A stretch of 57,130 nt of DNA, counting the filler, from Catajapyx aquilonaris (lineage: Eukaryota), in assembly GCA_000934665.2 (NCBI GenBank). It is 4 parts of 4 records of this genome, joined end to end, with 100 filler letters (N's around TTAATTAATTAA, not from the genome) between each part and the next. Parts side by side here need not be neighbours in the genome. Positions count along the whole stretch, not along the records: positions 1 to 14,202 come from JYFJ02007847.1; positions 14,303 to 28,504 come from JYFJ02007848.1; 2 more parts are not named here. The stretch is one strand, 5' to 3'. The notes beneath the pieces were generated by a model. It was not told where the DNA came from and made no database searches. It was given only the letters and a program-made list of their open reading frames with translations. Shown piece after piece: positions 10,794 to 23,404 of this stretch; position 1 is the stretch's first letter, and each line of letters begins with the position of its first letter. Both the position numbers and the translations under genes were made by a program.

Positions 10794-11749
10794 TTATTCT
10801 CATCCTAACAACATGACTCAGGATATTGCAGGCTGTTAATCAGCTTAATTGAGTATCGTTGCCCACATGCGAGTGCAGTAGGCCTACTGAATTTCTGGTA
10901 TCTCCAAAGTTAGTACAGCCGATCTGGATGGAATACGACTATAAGTTACTTCACACATGAGAGTAACAAAAGCAGTCTCCCTTGATACAGGGTGATTCCG
11001 GTAACTTGGGCAAAAATCACACACACTCGTACCCTAAGGGGAGCCACCTCGCATCTCAAACTTTGCCACATCGGGGCCCCCTAGAAAGTAATTTCAGATT
11101 TCGCCCCCCCTTCCCTCCCCAAACCGAATGAGCCCGCCGCAGGCGGAATTTTGTTGTTGTCCAAGGTCACACAATCTTAGGTGAATGTAGGCTAATAACT
11201 GCAAAAAAGTACAGTGGAATCCTCCTATACTGTAAGCACATCGGATATAAGCAAGTATAGTAGAAAGACCGATCCCTTCATAAGTTATTTCCAGCAGTGC
11301 CAATGTCGTCCAAGCGCAGTTGAATCCGGATATAACAGACTTGTCTGCTATTATGTGACTGCACAAATCCTTATTCAGAACTGCACATTTGGCTTTTAGA
11401 ACTGCACGCTACAGTAAGCCCCGAGAAGTATAGTTCTTACCTAATCAGTGCGAATTTTGTCCTGTTTCGAGTCACATAATTTTTGGATTCGCCCCCCCCC
11501 CAGGGGGGCGCGCCCCACAGTTTGAGAACCGCTGCTTTAGCCGTCTGCAGCTTGTAACTGTTTTATTATCTGTCTCCAAAAGCTGTCTGACTGGCTCGAA
11601 AATACGTGCTAAAATACTGCGTTGCTTAATATAATATTGATATAATATTGCTTTATTTAAACTTGCCGGTTGCCGCCCTTCAAAATATGCCGCCCTAGGC
11701 CATGGCCTAGTGTGGCCTTGTGGGTAATCCGCCCCTGGATACAAATATA

Positions 11750-12043
11750 CAGGGTGATCAAACTTTTTTGTCGTTTTAGTTATTGACAAATTCGGCCTAA
11801 GCTGCTTATATTGTAGCGCGTTACCTGGGAACTCCGTCCGACGGGCCAATTCAAACACGAGCATGTGGTGAGTGATTCCATTGTTGCCACTGTTTGCCAA
11901 CAGTGGCAACAATGGAAGCACTCTCCATAAGCTGATGTTTGAATTGGCCCGTCCGACGGAGTTGCCAGGTAACGCGCTACAATATAAGCAGCTTAGGCCG
12001 AATTTGTCAATAACTAAAACGACAAAAAAGTTTGATCACCCTG
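11750..12043. mobile_element. 294-bp palindromic Tc1/mariner-type MITE
   Basis: TA-CAGGGTGATCAAAC...GTTTGATCACCCTG-TA; almost the whole element is self-complementary. Confidence 0.9.
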
Positions 12044-14202
12044 TATTAAGTGTCAAGAATCGGAGGGGGACAGGAGAAGGACAGATGGAGCTAGCTGGAG
12101 CCTTTTGTGCTATTGAATCGAAAACAAAAACACTGATAATACCCCTGCAGGCGCGTCCGCGACGCGGTCGCAATGCCGCCGTTGGCACAACTCGGGGTAT
12201 ATATAGCTTGCGTGGTGGATGCTGTCCATACAAGGCAACTAAGACGAAGCATCAAGATCGCGTCGTCAGTCTGTGCCTCTACATCTCACGTAAAATAACC
12301 GCTATTAAATTGGTTTCTAGAAAAGCAAACTATAGTGCTTCGGAGGAATCCTATATTGATTCATCATACAATAACAATCTGACTCAGCGGCTCGCGAGAC
12401 CAACACCAGCAGGGTGGTGATTAAAGACCCACAAATATATAGCGGCGCGGCGTCAGTTGTTGATATAATATAGCAACAAACTATATCGCGGTGAATAGTA
12501 ACAGTCTTATTTTGTGGCCGACATTGAATTTTAATCAGCACCTGGGGTGTGAGAATAAGACGGGTTTCACCTTGAGTTTCACCATCTGCCTGATTAAAAT
12601 TCAGAACCTCTGTTATAACAAGAATTGCCATTATTAGCAACCATTGTTGACAACAACCAAAAGACTATATAGTAAGGATTTTCGGAAAAGAAACTCCCGG
12701 ATTTATTAAAATATAACTGAACCTGGTCGGTGACACTGGCCGCATATAATAAGCCTATATAAAATACAAGCAGAGTGCTGTGCTATAAGCTGTAGCCCAC
12801 GCGAAGGTACGACATCAAGCTTGCGACACTAAATTGACACGTACACGATCTGGTGTTCACGACTCCTGTGAATAGATATTCACAAAATTCTCTTTTATTA
12901 TTCCTGCTGAGGTAGAATAGTATTATGGTTACAGGTCACAAGCCAAGGGAGTCGATGAATTTCTTCAAAACTTTTATTCATTACGTATAGATAAATAAAC
13001 TGTGACTTAAGGTCATTTACAGTGTAAAGTTCAAAAAGTGCGCAATAACCGCTCTTTGAAATAGTAATTATTGGTTTCTTGAACTAATTACTCTTTTTAT
13101 TTGCTAGCTGATTGAGATTATTATACATGTTGTTTCACGACGTGCACAGTGTAGTACCATAAAGGCCGCCTTTAGCCTCATCATGTCGATTTTCTTTCTA
13201 GATATTATATTATTCAATCCATGCACTTTTTGGCTACATGGACACAGTCATTATTGGTTCACTCCACAAGATTGACACCGGTGCCTTGTAAAATTTTCGG
13301 TTTGATGGCTGATGGACAGAGACGTCGTAATATGAAATGTTGCCCAGAGTTCATCTGGAAGGGCTTGCGACCCATATAATGACGCTAACCGTTGTCAATC
13401 CACAAGTGGCTGGATCGCCTTAGCTCTTTGTCTTTCCTCATGTATACATACTTGTATGTACTGTAAATCGGCCTGCACCGCCACTTCGAGTCAGAGGGCG
13501 ACGCGACGCAAGTGACTATACATTTCATTGCCGAAAACAGGAACACACTGACTCAGAGCATTTTTGTGACCTCTTAATAATATTCATTATTGTCATGGAC
13601 TACATAGCCCGGTGGTGCGTGGTTTGGCTTGGTTTGGTTTATTCGGAAGAAGCCAAAGCAACTGTGGCTATCTGGCTATACAATCATGTGATGTAGCAAA
13701 AAATATAACCTCAACCAAATAACTGCCATTGATTTTAGGTATACTGTATAATTATTATATATTAGTGTAGAATACTCTGCAAATATTGAATACAGACTGT
13801 ATAAGGTATATCATGATCATTTGTGTCACTGACTCTTTTTTACACGTGAAAATGTACACATGTCACTCACAAGGTAGTAAATAAACGGAATTACAAACAT
13901 ACTGATACCTTAGTAGGCCTAAAATATTCACCCCATCTTACATTGTATTTGGCCGCATCTACGTACTATGTATATTATTAGTATTACACATGATTGTAGC
14001 ACGATATACACATGATACTGTAAGTTAATTGGAAGGTTATTCAAAATAATCACATGTTGCCCATAGTCTATATTACGATCATAATATATATGAAGATTAT
14101 TATTATTATTATCTTCATGTCATTTTGAAAACCGAAGGTCATCAGCACGAAATAATATTCATGTTATCAAATACACACACACAAACTAACATCACGGCAT
14201 TG

Positions 14203-14302
14203 NNNNNNNNNNNNNNNNNNNNNNNNNNNNNNNNNNNNNNNNNNNNTTAATTAATTAANNNNNNNNNNNNNNNNNNNNNNNNNNNNNNNNNNNNNNNNNN
14301 NN
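14203..14302. other. Artificial contig linker
   Basis: N44-TTAATTAATTAA-N44, giving stops in all six frames. Confidence 0.98.
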
Positions 14303-15161
14303 CTTGAGCCCCGTGCAAAGAAAAGTGGATTTATTTTTATTTTAAGTTCCCATTTAAGCCTGTCAAAGTTCATGTGATTTCATGCACAACTTCGCATTCC
14401 CAATGTAACACATTCAGGTGCAATTTCTTTTACCAGTTCAGGTTCCATGTCAAAATATATTTCAGAAGCCGAAATTTGGGTTCTTTCTGATTCCAACGAC
14501 GTATCACACATTGCCAACAAGTCATTTTCAATTTTTGTCCCAGATGTTTACTTTTACGTGGAATTGCTCTACAGGTAATCTGCAGGATATCCAGGCACCC
14601 AAACCATCGCCACTGAATCTAAGTGAAGGGATACAATCAAAACAAGCACTATGAAAAAATTAATTCGGTGTAAGACAACCCGTCCCCTTCCTGAGTGCTT
14701 CCAGAAAAATTCAAGGTAATGAATAGGTTTTGCAGGGTAACATAATTAAGTTTAAATCACAATCGTTGGCACTTTTTTCTAAATGAAAAACACACGTCAA
14801 AACAAGTAATTTGTAAAAAGAAATGAATGTCGCCAGTCCATGCATTCGCTTACTATCTGGGTTCAAGGAAAACTGCAGGTATGTTACAGTTTTTGCAGGA
14901 TTACAGGGTAATCCCATGCAGGATCACTCGGGAACTTTCAGATATTGTTCAGGGGGGCCAATCGAACATATATCCCAAGTTTCGTTTAGTAACTCTAAAT
15001 GTCCAGGTAAAATGCTATTTGCACTGGACTATCAAGGTGCATGCAGCGCCAATAGATTCTCGGGGCAAGGACATTGGCCATACTCCGAGGCAGCTAAATT
15101 TTTACTTTCTTCGTGTCATTCATTCATTCAACCTTGATTCAACTTAACAAAAAGTGGTGAG

Positions 15162-15896
15162 ATCCCCCTCAAAAACGCACTCGTAAAAAACATGCCTAGT
15201 CGTCCGCCGAAAAAACCTGTGAGATAGTGTCTGGGAGCCAAGCCTTGTCCACTCCGTCGTACAAAGTCGTGAGATCGTGGTGGACGCCAAGCGTTTCTTC
15301 GAGGCTATAAGCTAAGTGAGATGACTTGGCTGGACTTGGTTCACGTGCACGAGGAACAATGTGATGCGCCGTTTAATACAATAGAAAGTAGACCTTTAAC
15401 ACTCATTGGTAGAGCCATTACCCACAAATGTGACCTTCGAATGGAATATTTACTTTTAACTGTCAATGGTGGAGCAGTAACATAACAACTCCACCTTAAA
15501 AGTGCATATATAGTTCCTTGATTCATTAGAATAATTATAAATATACTTGGACCTCTGATTCGTAACACAGGAACTACAAAATGTCACCTTCGAACCGCAC
15601 ATGATTACAATCGCGGTTTATTAGACTTGAAAATTGAGTCATACAGCTAAAATTGAGATAACAGTAACTTTACCAAATTCCAGCTAACTGAACGCGTATT
15701 GTTCCTAGTGCACGTGAAACAAGTCCGGCCAAGTCATCTCACTTAGCTTACAGCCTCGAAGACAGGCTTGGCGTCCACCACAATCTCACGACTTCGTACG
15801 GCGCAGTGGACAAGGCTTGGCACCCAGACACTCTCTCACAGATTTTTTCAGCAGACAACTTGGCGCATTTTTTCCGAGTGCGTCTTTGAGGGGGAT
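15162..15896. mobile_element. Foldback element with ~200-bp inverted arms
   Basis: 15162-15360 is an imperfect reverse complement of 15698-15896. Confidence 0.8.
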
Positions 15897-15904
15897 ATGC
15901 ATTA

Positions 15905-16087
15905 AGGCCCATACACACAGGCCGTCGACGGTTTTGATTTTTGGTTGCGTTGACGCCGCGGACCAATCATGACCCATGTAAACAAGCTCTAAACAATGGA
16001 TTGTGCTTGTTTGCATGAGTCATGATTGGTCTGCGGCATCAACGCTACCAAAAACCAAAACCGTCGACAGCCTGTGTGTGGGGGCCT
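15905..16087. mobile_element. PIF/Harbinger-type palindromic MITE
   Basis: TTA TSD; AGGCCC...GGGCCT ends; ~80-bp arms. Confidence 0.8.
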
Positions 16088-16375
16088 TTACAGGAAGCAA
16101 AACAAAATGGAATCTCTACAAATAAATCTGCTGCTGAAGTGCCAATCATCACCTTTGGCAGGGAGGGAGAGTGCATGACCAGAAGAGGCAGTGTTAGCCA
16201 ATTGGGTGCCTGGACTGCCTTTTCTGCATTCCACTCTCCCCAATGTGTCAGAAGGACCCTCTCAGATGCAGTCCAGGTGACAAGATTCTGGTGGAGTGTG
16301 TGTTTGGGTATGCTACTGAGAGGAAGGGGTGGGGGAGAAGTTCCCCAAGCTACTTCTGCTCACATCACAGCTCAC

Positions 16376-16828
16376 CTGGCACCTTTCAAGTATGTGCAGA
16401 GCGCCGTGTCCACCTATGGCCCTGTTGTCCTCAACATCTTTCTTCAGCATGTCCTCAGCATGTCGAACCAGGCGAGCCTTCATCTCCTCTGCCTTGCAAT
16501 CAGAATCCTTCAACAGCTTGTTGGACAAATGGGTCATCTCTGCTGCTGCCTTGGCCATGTTCACTGCTGTAGGTCTGGCTGACACCAAGTGAGACATGGC
16601 CTTCATAACCCATGCATCTAGGGCCTCTTTTCCATCAGTGCCACTCTCCCCGGCCTCCCCCTCCTCCTCATCCTTCTCCTTCTCCTCCTCCTCCTCCTCT
16701 TTTCTCCACCACAACTCAACCGCCATTCCCAGGCAGCCCACCACTGCAATGGCAGGTGCTCCCCTCACCTGCATGTTCTTTATGCACTTGTATGCATCAT
16801 CAACACTTCGCACAGATATATACCTCAC
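16376..16828 (-). CDS. MRI1: Methylthioribose-1-phosphate isomerase, coding exon 2
   Basis: MQVRGAPAIA, SARPTAVNM and EDNRAIG motifs; acceptor TTTCAG at 16829, donor GTGAGC at 16375; phase 0/0; later exons lie beyond the contig end. Confidence 0.93.
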
Positions 16829-17529
16829 CTGAAATTAAACATAATAATTGTCACTCTCATGATAGACAAAAACAAGACACTGTCATTTTATAAATTATTG
16901 TAACATGAAGTGTGAGACAAACATTTCTATGCTGATTGTTATGAAGGACACCAAGTCCATCTCACAACAAAATGAATATATACTGATGATGCACAACCTG
17001 TCCGGTACCATCATTGTAAAAGTCGACACTTGTGCCTGAAAAAAGTTTTAAACCTTTGCTGTTCGTGGTGAGAGGGGCTTGTGTTTCTCCCATAACTTCG
17101 AAAAGCTATGCTGGCGGTAGCTTCGTCTACTGGCTGGGTCTCCAAAGTCAGACAGGTCTTTGGGGTCATGGGAGAAACAAAAGCACCCTGCACCATGGGC
17201 AACAGAAGTTGAAAGCTTTTTTCAAGAATAAAGTGTCGACTTCTACAATGATGGCGCCCGAGAGGTCAGGCATGGGTGGGGAAAATGTGTGGCTCTGAAG
17301 GGTTCATATGGAATAAAGGACTAATACATGTGTGAAATTTGAACCAGTTCTCTCTTTTCCGTCAACCCAAAGGTACGAACTTTATGAATGACCCTCACAT
17401 ACAGTAGTTCAGTAAACATCTCCGAATAGCTCATTTTTACGGTACCGTCAGCAGGGGATACTTTACACAGTTTTATTTCAGCTACCCCCTGTACTTTCGT
17501 TCCCATACTAGACCATAACCTCCTATTAA

Positions 17530-18146
17530 GGCCCAATTTCTCGAACAGTGGTTCAAAACGCCGGTTTATTACTACATAGTTCTAACTCCTATTTTGAGAA
17601 AAAGTGACGTAAGAGGTGCACCTACTTCTAACTCCATCGGCCTATCCAAAGAACTGGTCAGGATGCATTTCGCCGGTTTATTACTACGTAGTTCTAACTC
17701 CAAGTAGTGACTTAAGAGGTGCAACTCCACATTGCCACTTTTCGTTAGTGTTATGAAGTTCTAACTCGGGAGTTAGACTTTTGTGATTCTGAAAAAATTC
17801 AAATTACGTGATTTAAAAGGTTCTAACTCCACCATTGTTGCTGCTGTTACAGACAACGACAATGACATTGGCACAGTGAAACACAAAATATGAGTAGGGT
17901 ATGTAAGCCACAGTATTGCAAAAATTAACTCATTACGTTTGAATGTTCATGGTCTATAATTGTTGTACCGTGCAAACTTTGGATTCAAATATCTCCGCTT
18001 CATCAAAAGTGGAGTTAGAACTATGTAGTAATGAACCGAAACCCAGTTCAAGTCCCAGTTCAAAGTAATGTAAACCCGGCTCAAGTCCGGTTTAAACCGG
18101 ACTTGAACCGGGTTTACATTTGAACCACTGTTCGAGAAATCGGGCC
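17530..18146. mobile_element. PIF/Harbinger-type non-autonomous element
   Basis: TAA TSD; 28-bp TIR GGCCCAATTTCTCGAACAGTGGTTCAAA; internal GTTCTAACTC repeats. Confidence 0.85.
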
Positions 18147-18149
18147 TAA

Positions 18150-18985
18150 GTGAATTTGAAGAAGTAATTAGAAAATTGCATGTAAAGACTGCTCCGGGTC
18201 CAGATTACATTCCAAATGCTTTACTAGCCAGTAGCCACTAGTTCCGACAATCTGAGAAAGCCCATTACGAAATTTGTGAATTATGTATACGAAAGAAAAC
18301 CTTTCCCAACAACTGGGCTTTAGCAAAGATAATCCCAATTTTCAAATCTGGGGACAAAAACAACCCACATATTACAGACCGATCGCTTTATTTAACAATA
18401 CTTTCAAGATTTTTACTGCCATCATCTCCAACAGACTTCGTAAATGGATCGATTCTTTTCAGTTAATTCCAGACTGGCAAGCAGCCTTTCGTCCGGGCAG
18501 ATCATGCTTAGACCACCTCTATACCCTGTCCACTTTAATTTAAAAATACACAAGCCAAAAGGAAAATTATACTCTGTATTTATAGATCTGTCCAAGGCCT
18601 TTGATTCAATAAATCACGAATTACTTTTCTGGAAATTAAGTAAACTTGGGATGAGCCACAATATGCTTACACTAATTCAATTAATTTATAGTAAAATGGA
18701 TATATCAAGCTAAAACTGGAACCAAAGTAACATAGACATTGTGAAAGGCCTCCCCGAAGGGGATCAATGAGACCTATTTTGTTTAACCTTTTCTTATCAG
18801 ATCTGGAAGATTTCCTACTTGGACACAACGCAAAGGGTGTTAACCTTGGCCCTGGTTCGGAAGATATCATCATATTAGCCTACGCCAATGACCTAGTTCT
18901 CTTAACGGACAACCCTCTTTATTTACAACAAAATTTAAATACCCTCGGTGATTATTTCGACAAAAACAATCTCGAGATAAACTTA
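18150..18985 (+). pseudogene. Non-LTR retrotransposon (LINE) reverse transcriptase fragment
   Basis: KTAPGPD, YRPIAL, QAAFRPGRSCLDH, FIDLSKAFDSI, LFNLF, AYANDL (degenerate YADD); frameshifts and stops. Confidence 0.9.
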
Positions 18986-18986
18986 A

Positions 18987-20100
18987 CCCCTTGGATCTTC
19001 GCCTTCGCCGAGTTTTCCACTTACGAGTACTCAGAAGATGCAGACAAGATATTTTACACAAAATAACAGCTACACTTACCCAATCAGGGAAAACACTAAA
19101 ATGTGTCTGGAACAATAAATTTTCCTCATCTAGAAGTCCCTAAATTAATTTCCAAAAATATCGCTATAAAACTCGAAATTGGAGTACTTCCGGCCAACTA
19201 CTTGGCTGATTTAATAATTATGAAATACGTTAAAATACATGGAATAACAAATATTGAGAATAGTGCCAGAGGAATTTGCCGAAATCGTCACACTTTGCAA
19301 GAGATAAATTATTTTTTATCTGCGGCTTTCCTGTAACTTTGTAAATCTCCCAAATTCATTTATTTCTCGCAAAGTACGATGATTTTACCACCTTTGTCTA
19401 GCAAGGTTCTCGAAGTTAATATTCCGTATATTTTAATGTATTTCATAATTAAATCAGCCTAACAGTAGGCCAGTAGTTCTCGAATTTCGAGTTTTTTTAC
19501 AGCGAACTTCTTGGAAATTAATTTAGGAACTTCTAGAGGAGGAAAATTGTTCCAAACATATTCACAGCATTTTCAAGGAATATGTATGTATAGCTGTTAT
19601 TATGTGAAGACCTCGGGAGAAAAACCATCAAGGTCCACCTCAGGTGAAACTGAGGAAATCCAATTTTAAATTTCCAAGGCCCACAGGGCTCAATAGTAAA
19701 TCCCACTTTCGGGGCCTTCCATAGTGAACTATCAGCATTACTCCACAACCACGACCAAACCATCATAATCTACGCTAGTGAAAGTATCTTCTGAGATATG
19801 TAACTAATTTTTGACAAAAAGTGGACCTTGATCGTTCTTTCCCCGAGGTCTTCATTTTGTATAATATATTGTCCTTATCTTCAGAGTACGTGTAAGGGAA
19901 AATCTAGGCGTTGACCTAACGGTTGGCCAGTAGTACTTGAATTTCAAGTGATTACTTTTGAAAATTAATTTAGGGACTTCTAGACAAGGAAAATTGTGCC
20001 AGACACATTTTTAGTGTGTTCCCTGATCGGGTAAGTATAGCTGTTATTTTGTGTAAAATATCTTGTCTGTATCTTCAGAGTACTCGTAAGTGGAAAAATA
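18987..20100. repeat. Complex foldback repeat with nested inverted copies; same family at ~56130-56585
   Basis: 19012-19200 inverted at 19920-20100 and 19450-19600; starts at TTAA-CCCC, where the RT fragment is truncated. Confidence 0.7.
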
Positions 20101-20350
20101 GACAATGGCAGGTATAGCTGGGGCCTCAGGGGTTCATGGATATCTAAAAAGTGTCCCATACCTCCCAGCTTTCCTGTACTGTACAAGAAAAGTAAACAAG
20201 AGAAGGAGAACCCTGGGAAATTTATTCAATTAGGATTATATTCTTCCTAATACAGGAAGGCAAGAAATAAGAAGCCTAGACCTGAAATCTAGATCATTAG
20301 ATAGCTTTGCAATGGTCAAGATGGACAGGACAATAACTGGACGGTGTTAT

Positions 20351-20639
20351 ATAATAATAATAATAATAATTCATACCCCGTTATCAGCCATCGGCTCTTT
20401 AGGGGGGAAGTTTGTTTTGCCTGGAACTCTTTGCTTTTCATTTTACTGTGCTCTTTGGCATACGATAGGAAAGGAAGGAAGCGGCTGTGGCCTATTAATT
20501 ACGGAAGCAACTCCCGAACTTCCCTGGAAGGACCGTGAGAAATCACAGAAAACCACGGTCAGTATTGCCGGCCCCGGGATTCGAACCCAGGAACTCCAGA
20601 TTAGCAGTCGGACGCCTTATCCATTATGCCAACCTGCTT
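20351..20639 (-). mobile_element. tRNA-derived SINE
   Basis: A box TGGCATAATGG, B box GGTTCGAATCC; (TTA)n tail; 9-bp TSD CGGTGTTAT. Confidence 0.88.
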
Positions 20640-20990
20640 CGGTGTTATGAAATAATGTGTCAATCGTCAAAAATGTCAAAGTTGAGTTATGAGTCCTTTC
20701 TACCCAGACGGCCAGAAAAAGGTGACTTTTTCCCCCTCTGGATTCCAAATTTTATAGCTTTAAGGGAGGTGCGGCCTGTCCTCGTAAATTCCTGCCCCAA
20801 ACCAATGTGATTGGCTCTCCCCCAGTCACTTGTCAATCTGACTCGGGTAGTAGCCTGAGGCAGGGTCCGGCAGGGTCTCTTCACACTTTCACATGGGGGG
20901 TGGGAGAGGGGGGGGGGGGGTGTTTGTAGGGGCAAATACAGGCTAGCTCGGGCTAGACAGAACTGCGCCAAACCTTCCGCTCCTGAAAAT

Positions 20991-21756
20991 GAGGGGCTCC
21001 CAACAAGAGTGGTTCAAGTGACAACAAATAATGAACATTTTAAAGTTATATATACGATTGGCATCGTCGCGATACCATCTTTCACGAGCAGTACTGGTTT
21101 TCGGGCAAAACAATTCATGGATGACTTGAACCGCAAAGATTCATATTTGATCACAATCGACATCAATGTATGACATAAACTTTAAGGGGGCGCATGAGTA
21201 AAAATACGGTAGGCGCATTTTTGAGGGAATTTTATTTTTTGTGGCGAAACGGACGGTTAATTGGAAAAATCACGCCGAAGGTGCCCCGCAGAAAGGTTTG
21301 GCCTTTACTATGGTACCATACTCGATATGATTGCATTAAAATTGTGGACATACGGGCGCCGAAGCGTTCCCGAATTTGTCGCGTTTCCTGCCGCCATGTT
21401 ATTCAAATGGGCTTTTGGGGAACGCCATTTTACTTTCACTTCAACTCGATGAAAAGGTCACTTCTAGGCCGAAAATGGTAAAATGACGACGAAGATGCCC
21501 TGCGCCAGATCGTGTCCTATTTTTTGGTGTAATTTTTGTGTCCATTGCTCCATTTTTGTGACCGTACGGCCCCAGAAGCGTGGACATGTCGAATCCCCAT
21601 ATGCTGTCCATGCATACGCGAGTTTGTTTACGTGGTCGCCAAGGGCTCGCATTGTTACCGATTGTTACCGTATTTTTTTGCTAATGCGCCCCCTTAAGCC
21701 CCATTTTCTCGGAAACAACATTTTGTGACTTGAACCACTCTTGTTGGGAGCCCCTC
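20991..21756. mobile_element. Sola-like non-autonomous element
   Basis: AAAT TSD; perfect TIR GAGGGGCTCCCAACAAGAGTGGTTCAAGT. Confidence 0.75.
21186..21693. mobile_element. TTAA-flanked MITE with GG...CC ends (Kolobok-like), nested in the Sola-like element
   Basis: TTAA-GGGGGCGCAT...ATGCGCCCCC-TTAA. Confidence 0.65.
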
Positions 21757-21811
21757 AAATATCCTCCAGAATGCTCAAGGTGTGCTCACAACCAGCACCA
21801 GATTTACGGGA

Positions 21812-22872
21812 AGGCAACCTACTATACTACTATCCATTTTTTTAAATATTGACCCCTCTGTTTGACTAAATAATTTCCAGGAAAATGCTCCAAGAAAATA
21901 AACGTTATACGTCGTTAGAAAGCTTGTTTAAATCCACGTTACATGCATGCGAGTTGTTTACCTACCTTCATTGTGTAATTTTTTATCGCAAGAAGAACAC
22001 GGAAAAGTGTCATTTTGTGAGTAGTTTTCAACGTTACGCAGCAAAATGAATTTTTCATGACACTTCTCGGAGGCCAAAAAATTCCCCTTGTGAACCCTGG
22101 ATAGTGCAACTCTTTGTCTATCTAATGATATATTTGAAACTTAGAAATCGCCATTTGTGTAATAATAATGAAGTTAATTGCACACATCAGCTATCTCGGC
22201 CGTTTCTCATCCGAATTACTTCGAGAATGTATCGACTGCATGCAAGCCAGGAAGGTGCGTGATAAAATTACACTGTGCTCTATTACACTAACCATTTTAA
22301 AAGTACCGTAGTAAGTTTAGTAGAATATAGTACCCAGCAGCCCGCTTTCTGGCGGGAATAGACAGTGATACTTTTATATACGTTTAAAATTTTTAGTGTA
22401 ATAGAGTATAAGGTGTAATTTTATCACGCACATTCCTGGCGTGCCGTCGATACATTCGTGAAGTAATTCGGATTATAAACGGTCGAGATAACTGAAGTGT
22501 GCAATTAACTGAATTATGATTTAATACAGAAATGGCGATTTCTGAGTTTCAAATATATCATTAGATAGACAAAGATTTGCACTATCCAGGGTTCACAGGG
22601 GGAATTTTTTGGCCTCCGATAAGTGTCATAAAAAATTAATTTTGCTGCGTAACGTTGAAAACTACTCACAAAATGACACTTTTCCGTGTTCTTCTTGCGA
22701 TAAAAAAATGACAATTAAGATTAGGTAAACAACTCGCATGTATGTTACGTAGATTTAAACAAGCTTTCAAACGATGTATAAGGTTATTTTTTGGAGCATT
22801 TTCCTGGAAGTTATTTCGAGTCAAGCACAGGGGTCAATATTTTTAAAAAATGGATAGTATAGGCAGTTGCCT
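21812..22872. mobile_element. Large foldback element with ~490-bp inverted arms
   Basis: 21812-22300 is a close reverse complement of 22380-22872. Confidence 0.85.
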
Positions 22873-22968
22873 AGGGTGGCAAATTGAGTGTGAGATATGT
22901 TTTAGACTTTTAGTTCAGGTCAAGTTAGGCCCTTTCCCATAAGGATTTGCTCCACTGATGCGTGGTTG

Positions 22969-23080
22969 CCAGGGATGGAAAAAGAACCGCTTCCTTCCAA
23001 GAAGCGCTTCTTTTTTCCATGTGCAGGGATGGAAAAAGAACCGCTTCCTCCCAAAGAAGCGGTTCTTTTTCCATCCCTGG
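22969..23080. repeat. Tandem pair of ~55-bp hairpin mini-elements; single copy at ~33085-33140
   Basis: CAGGGATGGAAAAAGAACCGCTTC...GAAGCGGTTCTTTTTCCATCCCTG. Confidence 0.8.
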
Positions 23081-23404
23081 TGGTTGCCTATCTACAGGCG
23101 CTATTTGTAACTTGATCAGATTTACGGGCGCCCCCTATTACCCGTATCTAACAGCGTAAATGCATGATATAATACACGTTTCATATGTGAAATTGTCTCC
23201 CCGTTTCGGCAAAAAAATGCTCATTTTCCGACAGCTGTGCAAATCACTGGTAAAAAGCGAGATTTTTGCAAACAAACAAATGTAATTTCCAAATGAGGGC
23301 CAAAGTCAAATGCCATCACATTGGTATCAAAATACGGCCCATAGTGTCCTCTACCTGCGATACAAACGAAATTTTGGAAAACGAAATGTTACAAAGCTAT
23401 AGGC

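Noticed and set aside
11472..12420. Paired ORFs of 149 and 182 aa with a shared N-terminus
   Set aside because: Mirror translations of the palindromic MITE at 11750-12043
14247..14258. TTAATTAATTAA recurring every ~14.3 kb as a biological repeat or piggyBac target
   Set aside because: Embedded in Ns with identical 44+12+44 structure; synthetic linker
16022..16582. 186-aa plus-strand ORF
   Set aside because: Antisense shadow of the MRI1 exon plus a MITE arm
20560..20640. tRNA gene
   Set aside because: A/B boxes are present, but a SINE body, (TTA)n tail and TSD follow; same reasoning for the heads at ~9190-9262, ~29165-29245 and ~49135-49205
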